Below are positions 29,301 through 42,582 of a stretch of 64,000 nucleotides of DNA, piece after piece. The stretch is from assembly GCA_965153355.1 (NCBI GenBank), contig OZ231126.1, positions 14,880,001 to 14,944,000 of the forward strand. The letters are read 5' to 3'. Within the stretch, counting starts at the first letter, position 1. Each line of letters opens with the position of its first letter. Origin of the DNA: Flaccisagitta enflata (Eukaryota). Made by a program: the position numbers and the translations under genes. Below the pieces are notes generated by a model. That model was not told the origin of the DNA. It made no database searches and was given only the letters and a program-made list of their open reading frames with translations.

Positions 29301-31968
29301 TAGCACGTGACTAAAAATTGTAAGCGAAAGTTGTTGGACTTTGCAATAAATTCTTGTTCTGTGCCTACCTATATAAGCAAATTCGTTGCAATACATGATT
29401 GTTATTTAGTTTTTAGTCATATACTACGCGAGTCTACACCCCCATATGTCGGTTGGTCGGTCACTCGTCTCTTTTTTACTGATTAAGTCCGTCGGTTGGT
29501 CAGTTAGTTGGACAGTAGATCATTCACGCAAACTTTTGAAATGTAAAAAACGGCTGATTCTGATGTATTTCTTCATTCCTATCACCTTTCACGCCTTACT
29601 ACCTTCATTTTCATTCATTCACTCATTCATTCAATGAATAATTCATTCAATCATGCATTCAGTCATTCATTCATTCATTCATTCTTACATTTGTTCTTTC
29701 ATTCATTCGTTCATTCATTCATTCATTCATTCGTTCATTCATTCATTTGTCTAGCTCCATTCTTTCATTCATTCGTCTATTCATTCATTCATTTGTTCAT
29801 CTCTTTTACCAAAAATGTCTACTCACAAATTCATAATCACAAAGTGCACTTATTAGCTTGTACTGAATGATTAATAACAATAAAATCAGACTCATTGGTA
29901 TTTCTTATTAGGCTGTCTTGGCTTCCAAAGACATCACTTTTGGTCTGAAAAATTATCTTTGTTAAAAACCATAAGCCTAATTATTGTTTTCCATGGAAAC
30001 TGTGACTAAGTGCTTATCTTCAGTTTGACTGCAGATTTGAAATTCTGCAGAAAAAAACTGTTAATTGAAAGTGCTTTCCTTTTCACACATTCCAACAGAA
30101 GGTGCCTGCAAATAAGGGACAAAGTTTGCAAAATTTACCTTTCTCTTTTATTTTTATGTAAAATCGCCGAACTTACTTTTTTTTTTATTTATATCTTTAA
30201 GATGAATTTTGCCAGGATCCCGATGAATATTGAAAAAGGAAAAAGTACTTTCAATTAATAGTTTTTTCTGCAGATTTCAAATCTGCAGTCAAAACAGAGA
30301 TTTAAGCACTTTGAAATTTTTGGTTTCCCATAGGCTGAAGGAAAATTCAAGGTAAGGCAAAGTGACAGTTCAGACCAAAATTGATGCCATTAGCCCAAGA
30401 CAGCCCCACAACAAGAACTACTTGTAGAATTTTGATTTTATTGCTTTTAGTCGTTTAGGTACAAGCTAAGCGCTCTTATTGACCTTAACTTGGCCTTGTT
30501 TGGTGTTTTAAGCTTTTTTTGGTTACTGCCCAGCTGCACCAGCTCGCGACTAGGGTAGTTGTATATCCGGACGAGTTAAGGTCTGACAAAGATTGCTATA
30601 CTACAAACAACAATTTAAAAAGAAAAAAAAGAATTGGGGTCATGTGAATGTTACAGCTACAATAAATCAAGCAAGTGATGATTTGATTTTTTTAAAGATT
30701 ACAAAGTCATTTATATTAGGGATAGAAATAAGATCTATTAACGTCAAAATATAAAGTATACATACATACAAAGATGACAAAAACAGAACATTTAACAAGC
30801 GATAGTTGATTAACATGAATACCGTATTTTTTCCATTTAGCGCCCCTCTTCCAATTAGCGCCCCCCCCCCCTCTTTTTTCATTAGTGTTACACTTTTCAG
30901 AAAAGATTTTGACAGAAATATTGAGTAAAATGAATAACAAAACACAATAAGCCCTTTTCTCTGACTTTCAAACAGATTCATGCAATAGATATCTTCATTT
31001 TGAGTCAAATTCAGCATTTTGATAGCCTTTCATGAAAAGTTTAGACTGCATGACAGTTCATCTACTATATAAAGAGGGCGCTAAAATCATAGGAGAATTT
31101 CAGAACACTTGTTGCTTAGTGGGCTTATATTGTCTTAGTCTTACCCATATTCAATTTTTTTTCAAGATCATTTTTTTCTTGATTGAAAACTAGGTGCCTG
31201 TCACCTCTTAGCTGAAAAGAGAGAAAAAAAATACTCTACTGAATCCTTATTGGATAACCCATTCAGACAAGTATTTTAACCAGCCAAAGCAGGAAAAGAA
31301 ATTAATCAAAGGTAAATAAAACAATTAAAAGAGTGAGGTTCATTATTTCAGATGAGAATTTCGCTAGACATATTAATCGTCAAGATTCATCTCTCATATA
31401 ACAAGTGTATAGTTGATTAACATAAATAATAATCAAACCAACATATAGGACATTTATGACCATAATGCAGTTTTGTGGATATTTTGAAATTTGATTTTCA
31501 TGGTCCATAGAAAGAAAAAAATCATGTTTTGGATAAATCCTAGCCTTCTCTAAATATCACCTGATCATGGTTTTGTCCTGAATTTGCTGCATGATCTCAT
31601 ATTTTGGGTTCAAAAGAGGAGGAGGACTTGGAGGACCTCCTCCAGACCAATGAGACTGCGCTGGAGGAGGAGAATGATTTTGATAATGGTGGAAGCGACA
31701 AAATCATACATATGGTTTGGTGGTCCCGACGTTGTTCTCTGAGGGACGCTGCCCTAGACTCCTGCTCCTGCCTCCTCCTCTTCTTCTCCGGATTGTTCTT
31801 CTCTTCCTCCACTTTCCTCTTCTCCTCTTCCACCCTCGCCCTTTCCTCCTCCATCCTCCTCGTCTCCTCCTCATGGTTCCTCACCAACTCGTCCTGGGCA
31901 AGCGCCATTCGCTGCCTCCCCGCTTCGCGGATCTCGTCCGGCGTGCCTTGGTTGTTCTGTTGCGACAT
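26352..31968 (-). other. accessory ORF region of the retroelement (ORFs 31968-31726/28606-28188, 27862-27476, 27275-26703, 26669-26352), split by a 3.1-kb insertion
   Basis: GC-rich, co-oriented ORFs between pol and the PPT. N-terminal E/R/K coiled-coil-like segment. No family recognised. Confidence 0.5.
29852..30470. mobile_element. degenerate fold-back element inside the 3.1-kb insertion
   Basis: ttagcttgtac / gtacaagctaa ends. Inner arms tttgactgcagatttgaaat / atttcaaatctgcagtcaaa. Confidence 0.6.
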
Positions 31969-32517
31969 GATGGATCTTTACTGCAACAGTTATGCGACGA
32001 TACCGACAAGGGGAAGCTTTTAGCGTAAGATAGTGTAAATGCCTGTTTTTGGAGAAAATTCAGATTTCGAGGTGTAATCAACGGAACAAGGAAGACATAT
32101 TCATTGACATCGAAGGAAGGTTAAATGGTATACGCAAATAAAGAAATAAAGACTCTTCAATCAGCGCCTCAAATGACCTCCACACTCAACAGTCAACGAT
32201 ATGGATAAAACAGAAAAGAACATGAACGAACGAATGCCTCTATATGGTCACTCTATATGGTCAATACGAGATTGAAATGGCATGGCAAAATTTAGATTGT
32301 CAGTCAATCATGCGGACATTCTCAACTGACTGGGGCACCATGTACCTCTCTCTCTCTCGCAATCACACACAAAAACATATCAGACAGACCGACTGAGAAA
32401 AAGTAAACAAGACCAAAAAATTCATGAGAGAAAGAAACCCTCATTTCTATGTATAGTCTTTGCAAATAGAAACACTTATGCTTCTCTCTGGTCTACTTTC
32501 TCTCTCTCTCTTCACAC

Positions 32518-35205
32518 TTATCCGTTTTTAATCTGAATCCAGCTCCAACCGGACTCCAATCGGACTATCTTCGACCGATCCTTGAGGACGATCTTGCCGT
32601 CAGGGCGTAGGATCTGTGCTTTCCGGACATGATCACCAGATCCCTCCACTTCGACGACGCGTCCCAAAGACCACTGATGCCGATGAAGCGTCTCGTCAAC
32701 GATGATGACCAATGCATCTTTTTTGATATTCACTTCCGACTTTGTCCATTTGCTCCTTGCGTGCAGCAACTGAAGGTATTCGGCGCGCCATACCTTCCAG
32801 AAGGCGTCGACACGGGCCTGTGCGTTTCTCCATCGGCATCTCGTTCCCACGGCGTCATTTCCGGTCTCTGGAGGGAGAATAGCTGCCGACGAGTGTGAGA
32901 ACGTAGACGGATGCAAGATGTTCACTGCCCAGCGCCGATGTATCTAGGGATCACGTCAAAGGCGTGGAGAGGTCGAAGTGAGAATTCCTTCCACCTCGAT
33001 CACCGCCGTTTGGAAGACGTCGTAATGGAGCACGTGACCGGAAGTGATGGATGCCAAATGTTTTTTGAAAAGGGATACGACCCTTTCCCATACGCCACCG
33101 TAATGAGGAGTCCCAGGAGGAATGAAGTCCCATTGGAGTCCATGCTGTTGCAGAGCCACCGTCGACAACGCGTTCCACGACTGCATCTCCTCCTTCATGA
33201 CGCGATTTGCACCAACCAGGTTAGTGCCACAGTCAGAGATGAACCGACGCACCGTTTGTCGTCTTGCCGCAAATCGAATGATGGCGTTGATCATTGCCTC
33301 TGTGTCCATTTTAAACAACACCTCCACATGCACCGCCCTCGAAACCATGCAGGTAAATACCACTGCCCAGACACCACTGCCCAGACTTTGATCCGCCCTG
33401 CCGTTCAGTTTCACCAGGAAGTGACCCATACAGTCAAGTCCCACCTCCTCAAAGGGCGCTGTTGGAATGAGCCGTCGTTGAGGAAGAGGCGCCATTTGCT
33501 GCTTCATAGGATCTTTGAAGTTCCTTTGGCACGTGACGCAATGGTGGATAACTGTCTTCACCGCTTGGAGACCACGAAGAATCCACACAAAGCGTCGCAG
33601 TTGGCACAAGACGTGTTTTGAGCCCGCGTGGAGATCCTGATGGTGGACGTGGCGAATCAGAGAAGCGACGTTTGGATCCTTCGAAGGGAGAATCATCGGG
33701 TATTTCTCATCATGGCCAATATCCGTGTTTACAAGTCTACTTCCGACGCGCATCGTCCCTTTCTCGTCGACAACCGGATTGTGATGTCGTAGAGTCTTAC
33801 AGATAACTTTGGCGCCGGCGTCGTTAAGCGGCGTCGTTTTTCCCACCGCCTTCAACTTAGTTATCTCTCCGTGGAAATGTTTGAACTGGATTGCGTTGAT
33901 CAAGCGGCGTTGTGCGTCGTACAAATCAGCCATAGATACAGAGTAGGGATTTTGCAGCGTCGTTGCCGCTGTTCTAGTTTTTGCCTTCACCTTCTGTCTC
34001 CATCGCCAGCGCACACATTTCACAATCACGGCGATCAAACGCAATTTCGCCACCCATTCCTGGCGACGAGCGGCCACTGTATAGGCGAACATTTCCTTCT
34101 CCTTTTCCCCTTCCTCTTCTTCCACCGCTCCTGTTGCGACAGCGTTGATTGACGCCTCCGGCGCCGTCGCAATATTCATTGTCGGCCACTCAGATTTGGG
34201 AAGGTAGAGAAACTTTGGACCGAAATGGAAAATGTCCCATTTTTCCTTGTCGCCGGCGTCAATACCCCGCGAACAATAGTCCGCGGGGTTGTTGTCCGTG
34301 TCAACCCATCTCCATTGAGAATCACGTGAGCCGCTATGGATTTTTGAGAGTCGGTTTGCAAAGAAGCTCATGCTTAGACTTATGGTCGAAAATCATCTTC
34401 AGCACAGCCTCTGAATCTGACCAGAGCGTCACCATGTCCTCGGTCACCTTTGGAATCGTTCTCTTGATGAAGAGTTTGAGTTTCACCGCTTTCTCTGCCG
34501 CTGTCATTTTCAACCTCGGCATCAACACCAGGTGCGACGCTTTGACGCATCAAGAGTACACGTGGGCCTTTGCGCACAGGATGGTAACGCGGATTGTTCC
34601 ATCCTCGTCTTCCACCAACCAATAGCTCACTACTCCAAATCCAGGGATGGCGGCGTCGCAGAAGATGTGAACTTCTCGTCGAATGGCCTTCACGATGCCC
34701 CATTCAATATGGCGCTGGATTTCGATTTGGATCAGCAATGGAGTCGCAGAGCATTACCATTTGGCGAAGCGTTTGATCAACGCCTCCTCCATCGTCGAAT
34801 CCCATCCTTTCTTGGAAGCTCTCGTCAACTGGAGGCACCTTCTTCCTTCAAGGGCGCGGGGCGCTGTGAATCCTAGTGGATCATAGTTGTCGGCTTGCAT
34901 GGAGACCAATTCGCGAGGAGTTGTCGCCACCCTCTTACACGCTTCTGGATCGCATCTGAAGATGAAGCAGTCCGTCGACGGCAACCATTGGACCCCAAGA
35001 CTCGTCGCCCCGAGTTTGGCGCCCAAGTCGATTGGGCTACCGCGACATTCGGATCCTCGTCCATCACTTCCACCGCGTTCGACTTCCACTTAGTTAAGGT
35101 AAATCCGCCGCTCTTCATGGCGGCGATGAGATCTTGCTTCAACTGCAGTGCCTCGTCAACTGAATCCGCACTACCAGAGCCGTCATCAACGTAGAAAGCG
35201 CTCAT
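32518..35205 (-). pseudogene. Bel/Pao pol remnant (RT C-terminus, RNase H, integrase, C-terminal DUF5641-like region)
   Basis: Motifs FYVDD..GGFTLTKWKSN, YDPLGF, VHIFCDAA, PRLKMTAA, WSDSEAVL, NPADYCSRG, HHCC zinc motif, GLDCMG, SDCGTNLVG, GGVWER and FWKVWRAEYL. Split across several frames by frameshifts and stops. Confidence 0.92.
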
Positions 35206-35414
35206 GGAATGCGAAGAAAATGGCTTGAGTAGCCCCACCCGGCGCTTTTTCCTTTCCAATATAACTAAAAAAGAGTAAACAGCCCTCAGAATGTCACGGG
35301 CATTCAAATTGGAGCAAAGTGGTAGAAAGAAAATGTAAAAATAGAGAATACAGGGTCAGAGCCACCCTTACTTTGTTAGCTCATATTTTCTCCAAACGAC
35401 CAGGCTTAATGATT

Positions 35415-35905
35415 CCCAATTTGGGCTCATTTTAAAGAGTAGACAAAGTTCTTTGAAATGAGCCCAAGTTGAGGTCATTTTGTCAATTCGTTTAGACCCA
35501 GTATTGCTCCAAAGTTGATGTAATTTTGAGCAAAAATGGATTTCACTCACCCAACTTTGCAAGCTTATATCTTCTAAACAAATTGAGCGAATTACCTCAA
35601 CTTGGGCTCATTTTAAAGAGCTGCGTCTACTTTTCAAAATGAGCCCAAGTTGAGGTTATTAGCTCGATTCGTTAGGAAGCAGCCTTGCTCCAAAGTTAAT
35701 GTTAGTTTGAGCAAAACATGGATTTCACTTATGCAACTTTGCAAGCTTATATTTTCTAAACGAATTGAGCTAATTACCTCAAATTGAGCTCATTTTAAAG
35801 AGCAGACACAGCTCTTCAATATAAGCACAAGTTCAAGTCATTGGCTCAATTTGTTTGGAAGCAGCATTGCACCAAAGTTTAGGTAAATTCAAGTTAAAAA
35901 TAGAT
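35415..35905. repeat. about 180-bp tandem repeat (about 3 units), each with a hairpin
   Basis: ttgggctcattttaaagag ... aaatgagcccaagttgagg recurs at about 35420, 35600 and 35780. Confidence 0.75.
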
Positions 35906-36929
35906 TTCCCCCACTAGTTGGTTTGTAGCTACCAAAACACTTACACGTGTACTATCTAGGAAATAGAAATCTTTCCGCACGTTTCAGTCAATAACTCTTG
36001 TAAAAATCATCTTATTGAGAAAAAATTGGTGACAAAATTGAAGCTCTTCTAATTTGCAAGCCATCTACGCAAACCGCATCTTGCTATCTCAATGGGTTTA
36101 AAAGTTATCTTAAAACAATGGTTCTGTATGTGCATGTTCGCTTACTCATGCATTTTCCAGAAGATTCATCAATGCCAATGGCGGAGAAAGAGAGCTCGGA
36201 TTCCTCTTACACGCCACCGGAATCACGCCATCAAATCGAGATTCTACCACTTAACATGCTGCGAAATGTTTTGATGCAAAAAGATGTCGCAGAATGTATG
36301 ATCAGAGAGCAAATAACGTGCACAATGGCTGTAGCTTTCTTAAGTGCGATAGTTGCAGCATCAGGGGGTAAGGTTGCAAATTATGTTCAGAACGCTGGGA
36401 ATGCCAGTGAGCGAAGGGGGCAGTCGTAAAAAAGATGGCGGAAGCTGAAAAAAGGCACCAAACCCTTTTCCAAGTCGAGTATGGGCCAACGATCTCGCCT
36501 GAGGAGTCTTTCGTGAAATGTCTGAAGTCTCGGTTCAACAAGAGCGAAAAGGACTACAGAAAGGTTTGATCTATGTGCATTAGTAAGGATGTTGTCTGTC
36601 CTAAATTTGCAATATCACATTTAGCTTTTGGCCTTAATTCATAGATGTTACCCATGCGTGACCAAAATACCAAGTCTTACAGTTGTGTGCAAAAAAGTGA
36701 TGCGGGTCACAAACTCGTTGCGGATGGGTAGGCAGGGGCATCCAACTCCCATCCATAGCCCCCCCCCCCCGCCACCAACTTTCATACCCAAAGAGTATCT
36801 AAAACGCTTGATTTACCACTTTTCAACTTGTGCGTTACAGACCGATGAACGGACCAATGGACCAATGGGCCGATGGATAGACAAAGCCTTTAATAGAATT
36901 GCGTGTCCGCAACTTAAAAGATATTGTTC

Positions 36930-37124
<195 letters not shown>

Positions 37125-37144
37125 TTACTTTATACAATTTCCGT

Positions 37145-37530
37145 AACTCTAAGGCAATCCAATCCAAGCTATTCCAAAAGCCAGATAACGTCACGATGGA
37201 TCCACTGACAGAAACGACCACTTTAATCTCAAGATTAGGACCACAGTCATGGCATTTCTTCGACGCTCGTCAAATAGAAACCGACTGGTTGAGCGAGCCA
37301 GTCTCTACTTGGGCAAACAATCTAGCTTACCAGCAATTTCACAAGTTAGCTCACAATCTGCCGATCTCAAATGATAGCACTGAGAGTGATAGAATGATTA
37401 AAACAACGAGCGACTACTCGAATTTTGGTGCAAAAGAATTTTGGCGCAAAAAACGAGGATGATTTTCAGGCCTTATTGAGTGTTGTTGGGCAGGCAATTG
37501 AGCGCTTACCAAGCCGAAGCACAAAAGGGG
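37145..37530 (+). pseudogene. DNA-transposase C-terminal remnant (probably hAT-related)
   Basis: Reads WLSEPVSTW..AYQQF...HNLPISNDSTE..RMIK..DY..FGAK, then after a short duplication/frameshift EDDFQALLSVV...P. This resembles the NDxAERxVK..D..K.E..Q.LL.VV terminus common in invertebrate transposases. Assignment is from memory, not a search. Confidence 0.45.
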
Positions 37531-39150
37531 TATCAGTGAACAGTCAGTCCCAATTCCGCATTCATCCATATGACTATATCTCATCATATTAGGAGATAAA
37601 GCAACTTCCTTTATTTGGGCATATTTCGTTATATCGAAAATGAAAATAAAAAAGGATGAACAAAATCCAATGCTATGATTGTTGAATCAATTTCTTCTAA
37701 TATTTAAGCGGCAAAATGGGTTTGGAGCTGTTCCGGGCATTTTTGTTTTTGGTTGTCAAAATTTTTTTATTTCTTAAAATCACTATTGTAGGCCAAAAAA
37801 TTTGTTTCAAAATTTTATTTTTATGTTACATGTAGTCAATACCCAGAGCTACAAATTTCATTTTTTGAAAAATATTTTTGGCCAATTTTTAAGGGAATGG
37901 CACTAAAAAAAAACAAAATTTCAAAAAAATGAAAAATTGCTATATTTTCTAAAATAATTGGCTTAGCATAATAATTTTTGCAAAATTTCAACTCCCATAC
38001 TCGAATTTTAAAGGAGTTATGGGATTTTGAAATTTTTCTTATAAAATTTTTTTTTGTGAACCATTTTTCATGAAATTTCATAGGCAAACAAGGTTATTAA
38101 TATTCTTTTGCTCTCAAAAAAAATTTGGGCACTGCGACCCCTTAAAAAAATTTTTTTTCTCAAAAATTGCTAAAATTGGCTATTTTTCTAGGTTGAATAA
38201 AAACTGTTCCTGTTATCCAATCAACTTCATTTTTGATGGGATAACCAACCTACATCTGCAGTAACTATGTTTCAAATTTCAAGTAAATCGGATAATTCGC
38301 TCCGGAGATATTCAAGTTCAAAGTGGAAAGGGCGAGCTAAAATCACTGTTTCTGTGGTATTTTAATGATAAGTCTTCATTGACGGTTAGCTACAAGTGTC
38401 TCAAAAGGTAATGTTTAATCAATATGTTCTAAAATTGTTGCAAATAGGTGTGGAATATGTCCCTGCAGCATAACCAATCAAAATTTTTGGATTTCACAGT
38501 CTCTTATAAAATAAGCACCAAAAAAACTGCAAAAAATGCCTTTTTTGGCTTTTTGGCCACATTTTTGGGGTGTGACGCATATAAAACGACATCCCCATCC
38601 CCAAATTTTTTGTGGCATAGTAGTCCATGATATAGGACGAGCATACGTCCCAACTCAAAACATCCTCGTATATCTCGTATGCCGTCTACGCTGAGCACAA
38701 AAATTTTGTTTAAAATTAGCAAAAAATGCAATTTTTTTAATTTTTTAAGCTGTTTTTCATAATCCTGATGAAATTCTAAGAAGTTTGATATATAACAACA
38801 TATACTTTTACATAAAAATAGAAAAATTTTATCATTGTTTAATTTAATCATAAGGCAAAGTTTAAAAAAATATTTTTACAAGAAGTGTTAAGTGTGACAT
38901 ATCAAACTCCTCAGAATTTCATCAGGAGTATGAATCTGCAGGTCTCATTCTATTTTAGAAAATTGGATTTTTGCCAACTTTGTAACTTATCAGCCGGCTG
39001 TAATTTCAACAACCAGTTGTTGTTTACAGCATTCTGCTCAACATCAGTGAGTTGGATCAAAACTAATGGAGTGATATATATGACGGCGAGCATCTGACGG
39101 CAAGATTTGGTGTGTCAACGGGGGTAAAAAAAGAAAATTCTATGAGAATA

Positions 39151-40025
39151 CAGTGGACTACCGCATTTTCGTCACCTGATTTAACGACATTTCGGATTTA
39201 ACAGCCAAGTTTCTTTAGTCCCAAATTTTTACAGGCTTTTGTAATGTTAATTTTACTCGATTTAACAACACCTGATTTAACATCCAAACCTGATTTAAAG
39301 TCACTATTTTTAAGTCCCATGGATGACTGTAACCTGATTTAGTGACATCAACCTCTTAATTGATAATTTTCTGTAATCTAGAATTTTTATTTCAATACTT
39401 TTAGCTTTTAATATACTCTAAAAATGCAAAAAGGTCAAACATGAAGACATTTTACAACAAAGCCAGATACACGGCTACCCCAGTCGCGTGCCGGTAAGCA
39501 GGTGCCATATTTGAGGTCATTAGAGTATTTAGGCAGGAGCAGTATCATCAAAGAATATAAACCATAAAAAAAGTAGTGTGCCCAACCAACGGATGGACGA
39601 ACGGACAATGTAAGGTGGAGTCATGTAGCACAATACTAAAAATGGTCCCATATCATGGACTAAGAGGTTTGAAATAAATTTTGTTTGAAATAATTTGATA
39701 TAAAACTCATTACATGTGATATTCAATGAGGGTTCATAAGACCCTCTTCCAGTTATTCCAGTTTGGATATAGTGAAGTATTTTGTTCCACTTTTCATATA
39801 AATATGTAGTACTAATACTAAAAGAGGCTATCTTTTAGCTTATGTGATGGTTTGTTGGCAAGTTACACAAATGCTATGGTGAGTACATATACAAACATAT
39901 GAAAATATATTTCAAAACTATCTTAACTAAATATATCTAAAACTGTAAATTCGATTTAACAACACTCGGATTTAACGACCAAAATTCCCCAGTCCCTACA
40001 AGGTCGTTAAATCGGGTTCCCACTG
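39151..40025. mobile_element. pogo/Tigger-like MITE with nested DINE-like copy (39456-39642)
   Basis: ta-cagtgg ... ccactg-ta with repeated gatttaac motifs. Confidence 0.65.
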
Positions 40026-41605
40026 TATAAGTAAGAAAAAACATAAAAAGAATCATTGAGGTATATCCTAGTAAATATTTTTTTGCAAAATTTGCATCCA
40101 AATAGTAAAAAAGAGCAAGTAAAGCTAACATTAACTAATTATTTTCACTTAAAAATATTCAAAATTTAATAATTTGTTCACTGATTGGAGGCTTGTCAAA
40201 ATTATAACTTTGCATGGAAAATGAAAAAACTCAAAAATGAAGAACATAGCCCCCTTCCAAACTTGATTATGGAGGGGGCTATATTCTTAGAAATGCAAAA
40301 TTTTTTTGCATTTGTGTGTCTTATAATTTTGACAACAGCAATGAAATAAAAAATGTAAGCACAATTTTCTTAAAAATCCTTTTTTCCTTTGCTTTTCTCA
40401 TATGAATTGCTGATTCAAAGGTTCATTTGAGGTCAGCTTATGGCAGAGACATACACATAGAGTATTTCTGGAGACAATTTGTCTCATGAAAATATCTGTT
40501 GCATCATAATTATTCAACTATAGTTGAAAAAATGGGGTGAAACACTAAATGTTGACAACATTTGCTCGCCGTCATATACCTATTGTGTTTTGTCCCTGAC
40601 TGCGTATTATTGATGAGTGGAGCATTTCTTACATGATTACCCTAATCCAAAACGCTCATAATTGAAACCGATGGGCAATTGGTCATGGTATGCTTTTTAA
40701 CAAGTCCACATTTTTAAGCTGTACGTATTTCTAACATTGTTAAGTAGCAATTTGGAATGTCATAGTAGAAATTTTGTCTTCAAAAGCATAAAAATTTACA
40801 TGATATTGTCATGATTATCTGCCTAATGATAACCGCATAGTCATCTGCTTTTGCTTAGCACAAAATGTGAATAATCAAATTTCGAGTTAACGCTTTTCCG
40901 TAATTCTACTTTCCCGCCATCTTTGGTTTTCTCCCCTAACCGCAAATTCATTTCAAAAAATTCACAGGCGGATGTCTGATTTGGTGATTTTGCAAGTCTC
41001 TTCTCCATGGACAAATTCCATGTGTTTTCAGTATCTTTTTATTGCCTTTCAGTATATTTTCAAATCCGCGTAATACTGATAAATTCTATGATTTTGTTGA
41101 TTTCACACCTTGAATAGTCTCTTTTTCATGCAATTAGTATTACTCATCTATACAGATTTTTTTAGAAATTTATCAATCTGAAACCTTTTTGTTTACAAAT
41201 CTAATAACTCCCTTTGGCATTGAAAAAAGAGCACATATTCAAAAATCAGTTTCGTATTTTTTTGACATTTGACATTCACAAGTTCTGTCTTGATGTATCA
41301 ACGCATTTGGATATAATGACCTATTTCTCAGCACTGTCTTAATCTTATCCGAGATATGTGATATCGTCAATAGTCATGAACAGTTTAGAAAGAAAAGAAA
41401 ATTAATAAGGAATTTCAGTGGTGTGGTAGAGTTCGTTGAAAGGACACCATTATTTCAGGGACACCTTGGGTGTGCCTTGACATTGCTCTGGTTTTCTCTG
41501 CGGATTTGGACGGTCCACGGCAGTAATGCTACAATTTTGTCACATTACAGCCGGGTGTTATTTAAACCACTGGTTTTTGCATACAATATTTTGTTTGCTA
41601 TCAGC

Positions 41606-42582
41606 ATAACTATGGCAAAAAAAAAACCGAACAACTTTTGAGAGAGCAAAAAAGTATGAAGATGTTGACCAATTTGCATAAAATTTACAGTGAATGATAA
41701 CCATGATATGGACTATGTCTGGTTAAAATTTCATCAAAATCCGTTGAAAACTTTAGCCATTATCACGTTTTTACTGAAGTCACTTCTTTTTTGGACTGCC
41801 AGAGATTACGTTTATCCTAAATCAAAATAATACCATTTTTAGTAAAATTGGCATTGTGCAAAAAGTTTTGGGAGTTTTGTCATGATTTTTGAACTGTAGT
41901 CTGATGGTAATATTTACTAATACTACGCAAAATTCGCATCTACTCAGATAAAGTCTAGTGGGGTAGATATTGGTTGATTGTAAGCTTGCTCAGGATAAGA
42001 AATATTCTGCTACCTGTTAGAATATTTTTGCAATTTGGGGGACTAAAAATGCTTCAATATTCACAAAAATTTTACTGGAGATGAATCATATGTACAAAAG
42101 TTCCCAGTTAAAAAATCATGATAATTGGTAAAAAACTCTGGCCTTAGCATCGATTTATATTTCAGATTTCATCTTCATTTACTTCATTCTAAAAACCACA
42201 AAAAAAGTTTTAGAAAACTTGCTGTTTCTGCTAAAATAATCGGAGTTTTGTAATGAAATTTTTATCACAGCCTGCTAACAATGTGGTCTACTTCCACTTC
42301 AAATTTCATCAAAATCGGACTAGATTTAGTATGGTTTTTTTAAGTTTGTTTATTCATTCTTAGTAAATTCTTATGTGTGTACATTGAATTTCTTATCTTC
42401 TGACAAGCACTTTTAAAAAATGTGTAATTCTCTAACTATTTAGAGCAGGTCATTGATTTTTTCAGTGATGCTTAATGATACTAAAAAGTAACTTCAGTAA
42501 AAATTTCAGCATACTGGGTGAATTTTCAAAGGATTTATGAGCAAAAGAAGTAACTGTTCGGTTTTTTTTTTGCCATAGTTAT
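41606..42582. mobile_element. non-autonomous TIR element
   Basis: About 28-bp TIRs ataactatggcaaaaaaaaaaccgaaca / tgttcggttttttttttgccatagttat. Confidence 0.75.

Larger units (their letters stand above)
25100..35205 (-). mobile_element. Bel/Pao LTR retrotransposon, 5'-truncated and degenerate, with nested insertion
   Basis: RT-RNaseH-integrase order with Pao motifs, then an ORF-rich 3' region, a polypurine tract and an LTR start. No gag, protease or 5' LTR seen; the sequence switches to AT-rich DNA just upstream of YVDD. Confidence 0.85.

Noticed and set aside
32629-35194. Plus-strand ORFs over the retrotransposon (and over scratch, 51558-54015)
   Set aside because: Antisense shadows of GC-rich coding sequence.
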